Shown here piece by piece: positions 40,073-51,916 of a DNA stretch of 64,000 bases. The notes under the pieces were generated by a model. That model had not been told where the DNA came from. It did not search any database and was given only the letters and a program-made list of their open reading frames with translations. Position numbers and translations under genes: made by a program. Source of the DNA: Candidatus Sumerlaeaceae bacterium (GTDB lineage Bacteria > Sumerlaeota > Sumerlaeia > Sumerlaeales > Sumerlaeaceae); contig JBPCLP010000011.1 of assembly GCA_051003195.1 (NCBI GenBank), forward strand, positions 118,515 to 182,514, read 5' to 3'. How positions within the stretch are numbered: position 1 is the first letter of the stretch; each line of letters opens with the position of its first letter.

Positions 40073-41030
40073 GGCGGCCGCACGCCACTGCTGCTGCGGT
40101 ATACAGCGACTCCAGGTAAGGCGTGTGCAGTCCAGCATTCTGCGCGCGTCGAAGCGGCTCGCCCAGTATGGACTCTGTTTCTGGTGCGCGCCCTTCTTCG
40201 TAATCGATCTGCATCGAGGTGCGATACGGTCCCATGGTCTCGGAGTTGCGCATCATCTTGTCTGCGAGCTCTGACTCCAGTTCTACACCGTCCGAACGTG
40301 CGGCTGTGATCACATCGTTCATGAGATGGCGGGCGCGCTGGCGCAGTTCGGGTGAAGCGAGCACTTCGGCGACATTCGCCCGCGCTTCCACGCCCAACCC
40401 ATTGAACGGGACGTTCCACACCAACTTTTCCCACCTGGCCCGCAGCAGCGAATTGTACACCTGGCAACGGACACCTGCTGACTCGAACATCGCGCCGATG
40501 GCGTGCGTTCGCGGCTGTGCCGTGCCACGGAACTCCCCCAGGCGAATCCAGCCATGGTCGATGTGATGAATGACACCGGGCGCGATTCGATTGCTGCAAA
40601 GGAACGCGATTCCGCCGAGCACGCGGCCGGATGCATTTTCGCCTCCCAGCACTTCGGCGATCCGCTCTTCGTTGCCAAGTCCGTTCTGTAGCGTGAGCAC
40701 CAGCGTCTTTGCATCTGCGGTCGGTTCGAGCAGCGCTGGTAACGCCGCATTATCCCCGCTTTTTAATCCAATGAGCAGCAGGTCACAGCGGCCCAGTTTT
40801 TCCGCCGCGTCGTAAACGGGCGGGTGCAGAACGAAGTCGCCCTCGAAGGATTTCACGTGGAGTCCATTTGAACTCACCGCTTCGTAATCGCGGCGCATTA
40901 GAAAGTGCACATCGTGACCGGCACGGGCGAGCCGCGCACCGTAAAATGCCCCAAGCGCGCCAGCACCTATCACGCCTATTCTGCCTTTAAAGGCTTCAGC
41001 CATAATCTGCATGCTCGGGTGCGCCGCCAC
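40056..41030 (-). CDS. panE: 2-dehydropantoate 2-reductase (ApbA/PanE family)
   Basis: GAGALGAFYG, LQNGLGNEE, WEKLVWN, TSMQID, E..ILG. Confidence 0.88.
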   Translation of the reverse strand: MAAHPSMQIMAEAFKGRIGVIGAGALGAFYGARLARAGHDVHFLMRRDYEAVSSNGLHVKSFEGDFVLHPPVYDAAEKLGRCDLLLIGLKSGDNAALPALLEPTADAKTLVLTLQNGLGNEERIAEVLGGENASGRVLGGIAFLCSNRIAPGVIHHIDHGWIRLGEFRGTAQPRTHAIGAMFESAGVRCQVYNSLLRARWEKLVWNVPFNGLGVEARANVAEVLASPELRQRARHLMNDVITAARSDGVELESELADKMMRNSETMGPYRTSMQIDYEEGRAPETESILGEPLRRAQNAGLHTPYLESLYTAAAVACGRLTPGP

Positions 41031-41093
41031 AACCGGTCAAGCTCCGCTGCAAAATTCTTTGCGTCTGGCAAACGCATGGCACTGGGTTGTGCA

Positions 41094-41738
41094 ATGACAA
41101 CCGCAGCAAACGCGCATATCTTTCCCAATTGCGACATCGGACCGGACAGCTCCATCGGCGCTTTCGTGGTGATCGGAGAACCACCTGCCGGCGAACAGGC
41201 TGGTGGCCTCGTAACGCGCATCGGCGCGTCTGCCATCATCCGCTCGCACACCGTCATCTATGCTGGCAACAGCATCGGCGACCATTTCCAGAGCGGCCAT
41301 GGTGCGCTTATCCGCGAACACAACCAGATCGACGACCATGTCAGCATCGGCTCGCATTCCATCATCGAGCATCATGTGCAGATTGGCAACCGGGTCCGCA
41401 TTCACTCGAACGCGTTCGTGCCGGAATACACGATTTTGGAGAATGGATGCTGGCTGGGACCAAATGTCTGCATTACCAACGCCAGCCATCCGCTGTGCCC
41501 GAATTATCCGGAGTGCCGCCAGCCGGTTATCGTTCAACGCAATGCAAAGATCGGCGCCAACGTAACCATACTGCCGGGCATTGTGATTGGAGAGATGTCC
41601 CTTGTGGGTGCGGGCGCCGTGGTGACAAAAAATGTGCCGGCCGGGGTGGTGGTGGCAGGCAACCCGGCGGTGATCCTGCGCACGGTGGATGAAATCGTGT
41701 GCTCATGGGATCAGCTCACGAAACCGTACCTGCGCTAG
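41094..41738 (+). CDS. Hexapeptide-repeat acyltransferase
   Basis: Left-handed beta-helix repeats, IGANVTILPG, VGAGAVVTKNVP..VVAGNPA; start ATG 41094 or 41076. Confidence 0.88.
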   Translation: MTTAANAHIFPNCDIGPDSSIGAFVVIGEPPAGEQAGGLVTRIGASAIIRSHTVIYAGNSIGDHFQSGHGALIREHNQIDDHVSIGSHSIIEHHVQIGNRVRIHSNAFVPEYTILENGCWLGPNVCITNASHPLCPNYPECRQPVIVQRNAKIGANVTILPGIVIGEMSLVGAGAVVTKNVPAGVVVAGNPAVILRTVDEIVCSWDQLTKPYLR

Positions 41739-41829
41739 TGTGGTCGACCGTTATTCGTATTCGGCTCTGTGTGCCGAATTGAGCTCATCTTCCGCGCTCA
41801 AACTGGATAGGAACTTCTGATTCGGCACA
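41739..41829 (-). mobile_element. MITE-like element copy 4 flanked by CTAG direct repeats
   Basis: CTAG-TGTG...CACA-CTAG; near-identical reverse complement of copy 3; each flank carries the stop codon of one convergent gene. Confidence 0.85.
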
Positions 41830-42288
41830 CTAGCCCTTCCCCTTTACCTGCGTCTGCCACCGGAACTTCGCCATCAGCAGTTCGTAGGTTTCCCACATCA
41901 GCCAGGTGCACGCGCGGATATCCTGCGACATCGACTGCGCGGCGGCGCCTCCGCAATCCTGTTTTCCCATGCGTTCATAGTCGTTGGCCATGTGCAGCCA
42001 GAGAGCCAGGTCGCCCTTCAGCCAGCCACGTTCATGCGACTGCCGTACTACATCTTGTGGAGTCTCCGCAGTCACGTCGAACCTTTCGAGCAGCATCGTT
42101 AAGGTTCCGTGAAACAATTCATAAACAGGCAGAAAGGCATGCGTCACGTGATCGACGCTCTGCTCGTAGTCGCGCGGCTCCTGTACAGCCGTCTCAAGAT
42201 CCTGAAGCGCTTCCTTCAGAGCTACGAGATTAGTCACCACAGGATTGGTCGTCATTACTTCGTCCCCGCTCGCCCGCCTTTGAAACAT
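41830..42288 (-). CDS. Nucleotidyltransferase substrate-binding protein (HI0074/HEPN-like), degenerate
   Basis: Four-helix pattern F...YEL....L....TPQDVVR....GW....LWLHM; no RxxxxH. Confidence 0.55.
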   Translation of the reverse strand: MFQRRASGDEVMTTNPVVTNLVALKEALQDLETAVQEPRDYEQSVDHVTHAFLPVYELFHGTLTMLLERFDVTAETPQDVVRQSHERGWLKGDLALWLHMANDYERMGKQDCGGAAAQSMSQDIRACTWLMWETYELLMAKFRWQTQVKGKG

Positions 42289-42343
42289 CTGACCAGCTCG
42301 CGCGATGGCGACCGCCGGTCAAGCGTTCGTTCAGGCGCGCGTA

Positions 42344-43675
<1,332 letters not shown>

Positions 43676-43861
43676 CTAGACCACGAAATGGTGGGTGGAA
43701 AGCGGCCAACGGCGTACGCTTTACAACGCACGAAAACCTGCCACGCCGTTTAGCGTAAGTTGGGACGGATTTGCCCCTTGGCAATCGAAAACTTCGCGAT
43801 GGTGAGCGTTAAAAAATAAATCCAGTAATTTCGCTTTTCGGCCTTCGCTCTTCGCTCTTCT

Positions 43862-45799
43862 TTATACGTTCTGACCTTCCATCTTTCTCGCGCCTGATAG
43901 CTCCCACACCATCCAGGCAAGCACACCTGCCAGCACCACCAGGCAGCACCATGCAAACCAGTCCCCAAAGCGCGCGTAGAACGTCAGCTCGTTTTGGGCG
44001 ACGCGAACATTCGCGGTGAAGTGTCCGGCCGTGCCGTACCTGAGCCGCTCCGAAACATCGCCAGTCGGCAAAATAATCGAGCTGATGCCGGTGTTGGCCG
44101 AGCGAACCACAGGCAAACGCGTCTCGATTGCGCGGAAGACGGACTGCGCAAAGTGCTGGTCGGGACCCGCCGCTGCCAGCCCGCGCAGGAACGGCAGCTT
44201 GAACAGGGTTCCCCAGAACCCGCCCTTCTCCATCAGATACTTGGGGTCATACCACGCATCGTTGGTCAGCACGACGATCATCTGCGCGCCTTTGCGGGCG
44301 AGCGCCGAGGTGAGCGACGAGAATGCGGACTCGAAACATATCACACTGCCGAAGCGCACGCCGTGCGATTCAAAGATCGGCGCGTCGGTGCCGGGATAAA
44401 ACGATCCGGCGATGGCAAGTTTCTGGAACCATTCCAGGTGTCCGATCACGGGTACCGTCTCGCCAAACGGGACCAGTTGGAGTTTGTTGTACGCGGCTGG
44501 TTGAAGTCCGTCTTCCGCCGTGACAATCCAGGCAGAATTGAAGTTCGCCATGCGAGGCTCTTTCTGCCAGTCCGGAACAGTAGTACCGCGGTCGTCCAGC
44601 CGAAGCGGCATTTGCGGCAACGTTCGAGTACCTGAAGAATTCGACGACTTTCGGCTTCCAAAATATTCGACAAGCGGAACGCGGTTGTCGGCGCCAAAGA
44701 AGAGGTCCGCATTTAGATCAATCGCGAGTTTGCGCAGGTCGCGGTGGAGGTCGGTTAAATACACAAAAAATGGTGAGAGGAACGTGGTCTCCGGTAGAAC
44801 ATACAGCTGTGGCTGCATGCCTGATGCCTCGTGCACAAGCGACAGCGCCGCATCGCGCATTTCACGGTCGGTCTGGAAGAATCGCTTTTGCGACGCCTGC
44901 GGATCGTCACCCGGAACACCCATGATGGCGTCCCATTTTTTCGTCTGGGAGATGCCCGGCTGGATAACCGCGATCGACAGTTGCTGCTTCTGTTGCTGCC
45001 AGGCATCGTGGTGGGTACTTGAAACATTCGCGCGTCGCGTCGAGCCAAGCATGGCAATCCCAAAAACCAGCAATACACACATAGCTGCGGAAACTGCCGC
45101 GATCCCATGTCGGTCGATGCGTCCTCGAAACTGTACGCGCGGAAGCACTTTTCCAAACATCATCAAACCGGCGTTGGCTGCCACGAGCAGGAATGTAATC
45201 AGATAGACGCCGCCGTAATCACTCCATTGTATAACCTGTTCCAGCGGTGAGCCCGCCTGGCTGTGCCCCAGGTAGTTCCACGGGAAGGCCATGTCGGTCC
45301 ACGTGCGCATATATTCCATGCCCGGCCACATCAGCGCCAGCGCCCACGGCGTCAGCCACGGTGGCAGCCGTCGCATCGCGAAATTCGCGGGGAACGCAAA
45401 CGCCAGGAAGTAAGTGGCCTCGAAGATGGCGCCGAGCGGAACAACCGCAGGAATGAGCAGGCTGAACACGGTCAGTGTGTGCAGCCACCACAGGCTCAGG
45501 TAGTACCAGATGAACCCGAATATATACGTGCCCCATACAATGGACTTCGCGGTGCGAAAACGGCTGAGCGCTACAAAATATGGAATCAGCGCCACCCACG
45601 CGAAAATGCCCATCCAGTTTTGTCGGAAGATGATACTGCCAAAAAGCCCGCTCAGTGCGCAAAGTAGAAACGAAGTGCGGTTCTCGCGCCATTGCTGGCG
45701 GGAGGGGAATAGTTTTGTTCGAAATCGTTTCACTGAAAAGTCGACACTACAGTTGCGCAGCGCAAATTTGGAGTGCGTGCGGCTTGCCGCCGCTTTCAC
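43862..45799 (-). CDS. lnt: Apolipoprotein N-acyltransferase
   Basis: FPWNYLG, LPET, YNKLQLVPFGE, ICFES, TNDAW, RSANTGIS; true start is probably downstream of the REP (e.g. GTG 45733). Confidence 0.92.
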   Translation of the reverse strand: MKAAASRTHSKFALRNCSVDFSVKRFRTKLFPSRQQWRENRTSFLLCALSGLFGSIIFRQNWMGIFAWVALIPYFVALSRFRTAKSIVWGTYIFGFIWYYLSLWWLHTLTVFSLLIPAVVPLGAIFEATYFLAFAFPANFAMRRLPPWLTPWALALMWPGMEYMRTWTDMAFPWNYLGHSQAGSPLEQVIQWSDYGGVYLITFLLVAANAGLMMFGKVLPRVQFRGRIDRHGIAAVSAAMCVLLVFGIAMLGSTRRANVSSTHHDAWQQQKQQLSIAVIQPGISQTKKWDAIMGVPGDDPQASQKRFFQTDREMRDAALSLVHEASGMQPQLYVLPETTFLSPFFVYLTDLHRDLRKLAIDLNADLFFGADNRVPLVEYFGSRKSSNSSGTRTLPQMPLRLDDRGTTVPDWQKEPRMANFNSAWIVTAEDGLQPAAYNKLQLVPFGETVPVIGHLEWFQKLAIAGSFYPGTDAPIFESHGVRFGSVICFESAFSSLTSALARKGAQMIVVLTNDAWYDPKYLMEKGGFWGTLFKLPFLRGLAAAGPDQHFAQSVFRAIETRLPVVRSANTGISSIILPTGDVSERLRYGTAGHFTANVRVAQNELTFYARFGDWFAWCCLVVLAGVLAWMVWELSGARKMEGQNV

Positions 45800-45817
45800 C
45801 GCGTGCGGAGCGCCCCT
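45767..45817 (+). repeat. Single REP copy downstream of RAYT, inverted relative to the upstream array
   Basis: TTTGGAGTGCGTGCGGCTTGCCGCCGCTTTC...GCGGAGCGC. Confidence 0.85.
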
Positions 45818-45832
45818 CGGCCAAAAACGCTA

Positions 45833-46396
45833 CTACCATTCTGGTGCAGGATCAAAATTGTCTGTTATACGCAACTTGTCCGTCTTAAAACCGTAGATGG
45901 TCTGAACTTGCGCAGGGATAGCCGTCTGTTCAAGCCACGATGCGGAGCACCAGGTATACAGACTGGCCTTCGGAACCAGTCCATGTTTCACAGCGTTGTG
46001 ATGTGTATAATTCAGGCGACTAAAATACGAGCGTTCAAACGTGAGCAAAGTTTCACGATAGTTGTGCCAAACGTGGCGTCCCAGTGCATGGTCGAGGCCA
46101 TTGACCCACCTGGCAGTCTTACTGTGGAGTTCTCCTAGCAGGATTCTAAGCGACTCTGCACTATCTTCGGTTTCCGGCGAGTGTGCTACAAAGTGGTAGT
46201 GATTCGAAAACACTGCCCAGGCTTCCATTCGCCAGTTGTACTGTTGAGCTACGGCTAGTAAACCGCGGTGGAGAACTGCGAGGCGGTCGGCTCCTCGGAA
46301 ATGATGGAGTTTTTTGTATGTAGCAGCGGTCACGCCGCAGCCACCAAGCTTGTGGGTGGGAGCATGGGGCCAGCATGTGTCTGGTGCGCTACTCAT
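45833..46396 (-). mobile_element. REP-associated tyrosine (HUH/Y1, IS200-like) transposase, RAYT
   Basis: VTAAT, AWAVFSNHYH (HUH), LNYTHHNAVKHGLV catalytic Tyr region, YTWCSA; flanked by REPs. Confidence 0.9.
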
Positions 46397-46409
46397 AATG
46401 CTGCATATT

Positions 46410-46777
46410 TGGAAAAGTGGAGCGGAACTGACCATTGTGGATGTGCGCTCCGCGCACTCTGGAAAGCGGCGTCATAGCCGCACGCACTCCAAATTTGATT
46501 ATGGAAAAGTGAAGCCGACCTGGCCATTGTGGATGTGCGCTCCGCGCACTCTGGAAAGCGGCGGCCAGCCGCACGCACTCCAAACTTGATTAAGGAAAAC
46601 TTGAGCGGAACCTGGCCGTCGTGGATGTGCGCTCCGCGCACTCTGGAAAGCGGCGTCAAGCCGCACGCACTCCAAATTTGATTATGGAAAAGTGGCGCAG
46701 AACCTGGTCGTCGTGGATGTGCGCTCCGCGCACTCTGGAAAGCGGCGGCAAGCCGCACGCACTCCAAATTTGATTAT
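46410..46777. repeat. Tandem array of four 92-bp REP-containing units
   Basis: GTGGATGTGCGCTCCGCGCACTCTGGAAAGCGGCG..AGCCGCACGCACTCCAAA starting at 46437, 46529, 46621, 46713. Confidence 0.95.
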
Positions 46778-46780
46778 CTT

Positions 46781-47665
46781 TCATTTTGCCTGCAGCTTCG
46801 CGCATTGGAGAGTGTTTACCATCAACATCGCGATGGTCATCGGGCCCACGCCGCCGGGGACGGGAGTAATGGCGCCTGCGATTTCTTTCGCGGCTTCGAA
46901 ATCCACGTCGCCAACCAGGCGCTTCCCGGTTTTCGTGGACACGTCGTCGATGCGATTAATTCCCACATCGATCACGGTGGCGCCCGGCTTGATCCAGTCG
47001 CCCTTTACGAACTTCGGCTGACCGATTGCTGCAACGACGATGTCTGCCTGCCGCACGAGACCGGGCAGGTCGTGACTACGCGAGTGGCACACGCAAACGG
47101 TTGCGTCACCGCCGGGGCCTTTGCGCATCAGTAGTTGCGCAGCGGGCTTGCCGACAATGTTACTGCGTCCGATGATGACCGCGAACTTGCCGGCCGTCTC
47201 GATCTTTTCCTCGATCAGCATTCGCTGGATACCCAACGGTGTGCACGGAACCGGCGCGGGCAGACCAAGGCTCAGCTTGCCGACATTAATCGGGTGAAAG
47301 CCGTCGACGTCTTTCTCGGGAAGCAGGCGCAGAAGCACGGCGTCCTCGTTGAGGTGTTTTGGCAGCGGAAGCTGCACCAGGATTCCGTGCACCCGGTCGT
47401 CAGCGTTCAGGCGGTCGATTTCCGCTTCGAGCTCGTTCTGAGCAACATCCGCAGGCAAACGGTGAATCTCCGAGAACCAGCCCAGTTCCAGGCATGCCTT
47501 GTTTTTGCTGCTCACGTAGACCTGTGAGGCTGCATCTTCACCGACGATGACGACAACAAGGCCGGGCGTGATCCCGGTTTGTTTGCGGAACTCCTGGCCA
47601 TCGCGTCCGGCCTGCTCGCGAACGCGCTGCGCAATTGTTTTCCCATCCAGAATGCGTGCGGTCAT
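46781..47665 (-). CDS. folD: Bifunctional methylenetetrahydrofolate dehydrogenase/cyclohydrolase
   Basis: [42 protein letters not shown]; start ATG 47665. Confidence 0.97.
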   Translation of the reverse strand: MTARILDGKTIAQRVREQAGRDGQEFRKQTGITPGLVVVIVGEDAASQVYVSSKNKACLELGWFSEIHRLPADVAQNELEAEIDRLNADDRVHGILVQLPLPKHLNEDAVLLRLLPEKDVDGFHPINVGKLSLGLPAPVPCTPLGIQRMLIEEKIETAGKFAVIIGRSNIVGKPAAQLLMRKGPGGDATVCVCHSRSHDLPGLVRQADIVVAAIGQPKFVKGDWIKPGATVIDVGINRIDDVSTKTGKRLVGDVDFEAAKEIAGAITPVPGGVGPMTIAMLMVNTLQCAKLQAK

Positions 47666-47725
47666 GCAGAGCACGTTTGATTGAACGCCAGCGGGATCAA
47701 GTGCATTCCGATGCGCAACCAATTC

Positions 47726-48634
47726 TCACGCACCCCATGCAAACGACGCAATCACCACCAGGTCGGAAATTGCCCACAACTTCAGCGCGCGGTACATGCC
47801 CTTTTGCGAGGGGTATCCTTCGCTGCGCAAAAGCCAGTCGATGGTGAAAGCCATCCACGCCCCGCTGGAAATCAACAACGCGCCCACGCCCCACCAGCTC
47901 ATGCGCACCATCCATGCCGCCATGATCTGGCAGAAGCCAGAGGCAACGATGAGACCAATCGCAAATCCGAGCGTCCGCCGCGCGCCGAAACGCACAACCA
48001 GCGTCCTGTCGCCCTTGGCAACGTCCTGTGGGATCTGGTAAATCTGCGTCATGGGATAGAACGCGCCGAACAGGAAAGCGAACGCGAACGCCAGCCAGCA
48101 GACGGCGCCCAGCAGGCCGGGTTTTTCCAGACCCGTTCCCGGCGCGAGGGCCCCCGCCGCGAAATTGAATGCTCCATAGCCCGCCATATTGATGGCAAGA
48201 TCGGCGCCCGGCCGCGCTTTAAACCGTACAGGCGGCACACTGTAAAGCAGGCTCAGCAAAAAGCATAGCGTATATATCCAGAAGAATCCCCACGGCATTG
48301 CGAAGGCTGCCGCCAGCCCAAGTATCATCAGGTTCGTGGCGAAATGCGCAAGGTCGGGCGGCGTCGGCGGCGGGTTTTCCAGGTATCCAATTGCTGCGCC
48401 CTCCTCGTCGCGATCGAATGCTGTGTTGAGGGCGAGAGTTCCGCCGTTCAGGCAAATCGTCCAGATGCCAGCGCCCGCCAGCATTCGCAGCACCATTGTG
48501 ACCCGCGGTTCGTCCGAATGCGCGAATGCAATCGCCGACCCGCCAGCGTAATGCGCGAACACAATCGGCCACGAACGGGGCCGCAAATGCAGAAATGTCG
48601 CGCGCAGCGTGGAAGTCATGGTTACGTGCCTCAC
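47726..48634 (-). CDS. UbiA family prenyltransferase
   Basis: RPRSW, NTAFDRD, YSVPPVRFKARP, QD..KGDRTLVVRFG; multi-TM. Confidence 0.8.
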   Translation of the reverse strand: MRHVTMTSTLRATFLHLRPRSWPIVFAHYAGGSAIAFAHSDEPRVTMVLRMLAGAGIWTICLNGGTLALNTAFDRDEEGAAIGYLENPPPTPPDLAHFATNLMILGLAAAFAMPWGFFWIYTLCFLLSLLYSVPPVRFKARPGADLAINMAGYGAFNFAAGALAPGTGLEKPGLLGAVCWLAFAFAFLFGAFYPMTQIYQIPQDVAKGDRTLVVRFGARRTLGFAIGLIVASGFCQIMAAWMVRMSWWGVGALLISSGAWMAFTIDWLLRSEGYPSQKGMYRALKLWAISDLVVIASFAWGA

Positions 48635-48722
48635 TGTAGCACCCCGGTGGCAATGACAACCGTAGAATGATCGACACCAGGAGACCGGCTTTCCAAAGCG
48701 TGACGCTGAGTGGACGGACGAA

Positions 48723-49640
48723 CTAAGTACTCAATATCTCCGCGGCACCTCTGTCGAGAAGCTGCTGTGCAGCCCGACGTCCAAGGTCGGTTGCGGCACA
48801 AGCAGGGCATGTATCGTCAAATTCCAGGAATCGCGTCCCATCAGGTGAAATGACCAGCGCGCGCAGGTGCACGTTCTCGCCTTCCATTTCGCACAGGCAC
48901 GCCGCGGCCGAGTTACAATCCGCTCCCAGTTCGCGGACAAACTCCCGCTCGGCTTCCACGCAAATGCGCACCCGTGGATCATCCATTGCTCGCCATAAAT
49001 GCTGGTGCGGCGAATCGGCTTTCGCCTCAATAGCAATTGCGCCCTGGCCCGCGGCGCACAACACCTGGTTCAGCGTCAACGGCTCGGCGATCTCACGCTC
49101 AAGGCCGAGCCGATGAAGACCCGCGCTCGCCAGTACGATCGCATCATACTGTCGTTCGCGCAGCTTGCGCACCCGCGTATCCACATTCCCACGGATCTCG
49201 CTGATCTGCAGATCCGGGCGTAATCGCAGCAACTGGCCGCGCCTGCGAAGTGCCGAAGTGCCGACATGCGCGCCGCGCGGAAGTTGTGCGAGACCCACAT
49301 TGTCCACACTAACGAGAGCGTCCTGCGTATTCGCGCGTTCCGGAAATGCCACCAGGGCCATGTCGTTGGGAAGCTCACCCGGCACGTCCTTTAAACTGTG
49401 GATAGCGGCATCCGCGCGGCCATCGCGAATCGCCTGCTCAACCTCCGCCACAAACAGGCCTTTATCGCCACCGAGCGCGGCGAGCGACGTGTCCGGACGC
49501 CGGTCGGGTGAAGTCGATACGCTGACAAGTTCAACCTGTGTATCAGGTGCATGTGTTCGGATGAGGTCCGACACACGATTCGCCTGCCAAAGCGCAAGGG
49601 GCGAAGCACGGGTCGCGAGGCGAATGGACGAAATCGACAT
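48723..49640 (-). CDS. hemC: Hydroxymethylbilane synthase
   Basis: ATRASPLALWQA, KGLFV, HSLKDVP, GTSALRR, RGNVDTR; start placed at ATG 49640. Confidence 0.95.
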   Translation of the reverse strand: MSISSIRLATRASPLALWQANRVSDLIRTHAPDTQVELVSVSTSPDRRPDTSLAALGGDKGLFVAEVEQAIRDGRADAAIHSLKDVPGELPNDMALVAFPERANTQDALVSVDNVGLAQLPRGAHVGTSALRRRGQLLRLRPDLQISEIRGNVDTRVRKLRERQYDAIVLASAGLHRLGLEREIAEPLTLNQVLCAAGQGAIAIEAKADSPHQHLWRAMDDPRVRICVEAEREFVRELGADCNSAAACLCEMEGENVHLRALVISPDGTRFLEFDDTCPACAATDLGRRAAQQLLDRGAAEILST

Positions 49641-49680
49641 AGGGAATTGGTGCAGCGGGGTAAACCGGGAAGCCATCATA

Positions 49681-49714
49681 AAAAAAGCGCTCTCCGCATA
49701 TAGGGAGAGCGCTT
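49681..49714 (-). terminator. Rho-independent terminator
   Basis: Minus strand AAGCGCTCTCC-loop-GGAGAGCGCTTTTTT after the gene ending at 49733. Confidence 0.75.
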
Positions 49715-49732
49715 CGAATCAATGAGCGATTT

Positions 49733-51664
49733 CTACTGAAGCAAAAGCACGCCTTCGCTTACAACTGCGCCGTCCTTCACGCTGCTTACGCCCGCAGCCG
49801 TTTTCAGCACTTTAATCGCTTCGTAGCCTTTAGCGAGTGTAGGGTTCAGCATTGTTTTGGCGAACATGTCCGCAGTAGTCCAGATACCCGTAAAGTTGAA
49901 GTACTGAAAAATATTGCCCGTCGTGGTGATACGCGGGCCGAGCGCCTTTACGGCCTCGCTTTCAGCCAGGCCTTTGTTTCCGGACTTCACCTGCATCGCA
50001 CTCTGGATCGCTTCTTTCGTGGAGCCAATCACCAGGAAATCCCCGTCGAGCACGTACCCGGGAGTTAACCCAAACAGGCTCGGCGATTCCGTGTAGTGAA
50101 TCGTCGCTTCACCGACCTTCAACTGCTTGAACGCAGCCGGCTGTTCCTTCGCCGCTCCGGATTTTTTTGCAGCAGTCTTCTTGCCCTTCGGTTCGTCCTC
50201 GGCCCCGCCCTTGTCGCCCTTATCCGAGCTCTCCGGCTCCGACACACTTCCGGCCTGATTGGCCATGCTGGCCGACGCCAGCTTCTCAACGGCGTCCAGC
50301 ACCTTCTGCATTTTTGCCTTATCACGTACTCCAAACACCAGCGCCGCATCCACTGCAGGGGAATTGCCGCCAAACTGCACGCTGTTTACGGCGAGTGCCA
50401 TCTCGTTGCCCAGCGCCGGGATGAAGTCGTTTTGAACGGAAAAGCCGATCATTCCCTCGGCGGCTTTTAACTGTTCATCGAGGCTCTTGTTGCCAGCCGC
50501 GCCAGCCGCATCCGTCACCAGTTTGTAAATCAGCTCGCTGTCGACGAGGCTCGTTGCAAACGCGAGCAACGTCTCCGCGGGTACGTATCCAATTGCCTGC
50601 AATGGCTTATCGCCCGGGTGCTTTTGCAGAAGTGAACTGGAGGTGTCCGTCGAAAGGATGCCGTAGCTGTAATGGGAAATCTGCTTCGGCTCGATTTTCA
50701 CACTGGAGCCGTAGGAATCGACAGGGCTCAACTGCTTGGTTATCTCGCGCAGTGCGTCCATGCTACCGCCCTGCTGCATTTCCATCGCTTCCTTCTGGCT
50801 GCCGAACAGATACACCTCGCCTTTGCGCGAGGACAGAGCGGTGCTTATCTTCTTATAACCCTCCGACGCCTGAAGCGTACTCCCACCGGCACTGTTCTTG
50901 GATCTGTCTACCAGTGCTTTCATTTCACCGCGGTCATTACTGAGTAGCAGCAGGTCGCCGGCGATTGCGTAATAAACCTCGTTATCTTCGCCCGAGGCGA
51001 AGCGCTTCACGGTCACGCCGGAATAATTTTCAGAACTGATGGGGCCTGAAGCCTTGTCGCTTTTCGTAGTCTCTGTGTCGTCGGCCCCGCCCATTCCGTC
51101 TTTTTCTGCCGGCGTTGCTTTGGAGCCGCTCTTCGCGGGGGCGGCAGGCTTGTCGCTCGTATCCACTTTACTGTCGCTCTTTGTGTCGTCGGCTTCGCTC
51201 TTAGCGGCTTCGCTCACCGCTGCGGCGGCGGCTTTCTCACCCAGGTCCAGCAACTTGTTCAGCTTGTCCTTGTCTGCCACGCCCAGCACAGCACCTGCGC
51301 TGTGCGAGCCCGCATTTTCACCCGGCCCTACGTATATATCGGCATTCTTGAATACCGAGCTCATCGTTTCGCCGTCGAGCTTATACCCGAGCACGTCCTC
51401 GATCGTCTTGAGTTCCTTGTTAAAGCTGCCCAGCTTCTCGGCAATTTCCGGATCCTCCATCACCTTCTTGTAGGACTCGTAAATTGCGTTGCCCTTCCAG
51501 GCATTCCAAAGTGCCTTGGTATCCGGCACACTTACTACATACGCGCTTGTCGCGGGGATAAGCGAGGGATTGCCTACCTGGGCCTGCACCGGCGCCGTGT
51601 AGCCAAGGCACAAGCTGGCTGCTACTGCTCCGATGACCGGCCTGCACAGATTAAGCACCTTCAT
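49733..51664 (-). CDS. Secreted protein, DUF3352-like, with acidic/Lys-rich low-complexity inserts
   Basis: Signal peptide (VQA-Q), AGGAG SD before ATG 51664, repeated P..T...+DFIPALGNE + Y..GDFLVIG patterns. Confidence 0.6.
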   Translation of the reverse strand: MKVLNLCRPVIGAVAASLCLGYTAPVQAQVGNPSLIPATSAYVVSVPDTKALWNAWKGNAIYESYKKVMEDPEIAEKLGSFNKELKTIEDVLGYKLDGETMSSVFKNADIYVGPGENAGSHSAGAVLGVADKDKLNKLLDLGEKAAAAAVSEAAKSEADDTKSDSKVDTSDKPAAPAKSGSKATPAEKDGMGGADDTETTKSDKASGPISSENYSGVTVKRFASGEDNEVYYAIAGDLLLLSNDRGEMKALVDRSKNSAGGSTLQASEGYKKISTALSSRKGEVYLFGSQKEAMEMQQGGSMDALREITKQLSPVDSYGSSVKIEPKQISHYSYGILSTDTSSSLLQKHPGDKPLQAIGYVPAETLLAFATSLVDSELIYKLVTDAAGAAGNKSLDEQLKAAEGMIGFSVQNDFIPALGNEMALAVNSVQFGGNSPAVDAALVFGVRDKAKMQKVLDAVEKLASASMANQAGSVSEPESSDKGDKGGAEDEPKGKKTAAKKSGAAKEQPAAFKQLKVGEATIHYTESPSLFGLTPGYVLDGDFLVIGSTKEAIQSAMQVKSGNKGLAESEAVKALGPRITTTGNIFQYFNFTGIWTTADMFAKTMLNPTLAKGYEAIKVLKTAAGVSSVKDGAVVSEGVLLLQ

Positions 51665-51916
51665 ACGTCGACTTTCTCCTGGTTCATTAAATACAATTGT
51701 AGTTTCTTGAGACACGACCGCCCTCCCAACGTTGCAGTGCAAGGCGAAAAGAACGAATTGAAAGACCCTGCGCCTCCTGCCGAAAGGCTCCTGATTTAGG
51801 GAACTCGCCCGCGGTGCATACCCTTCTAAATGAACCGCTTGACTCTGAAACCACTTCCCGAAATCCTTCAATGGTCGAAGTAATGTTGTCTTTTCAAACT
51901 AAATTAGGAGTTGGTC

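Noticed and set aside
46410..46777. CRISPR array
   Set aside because: The variable segments are mutually homologous and short, the repeat is ~70 bp, and the adjacent gene is a RAYT
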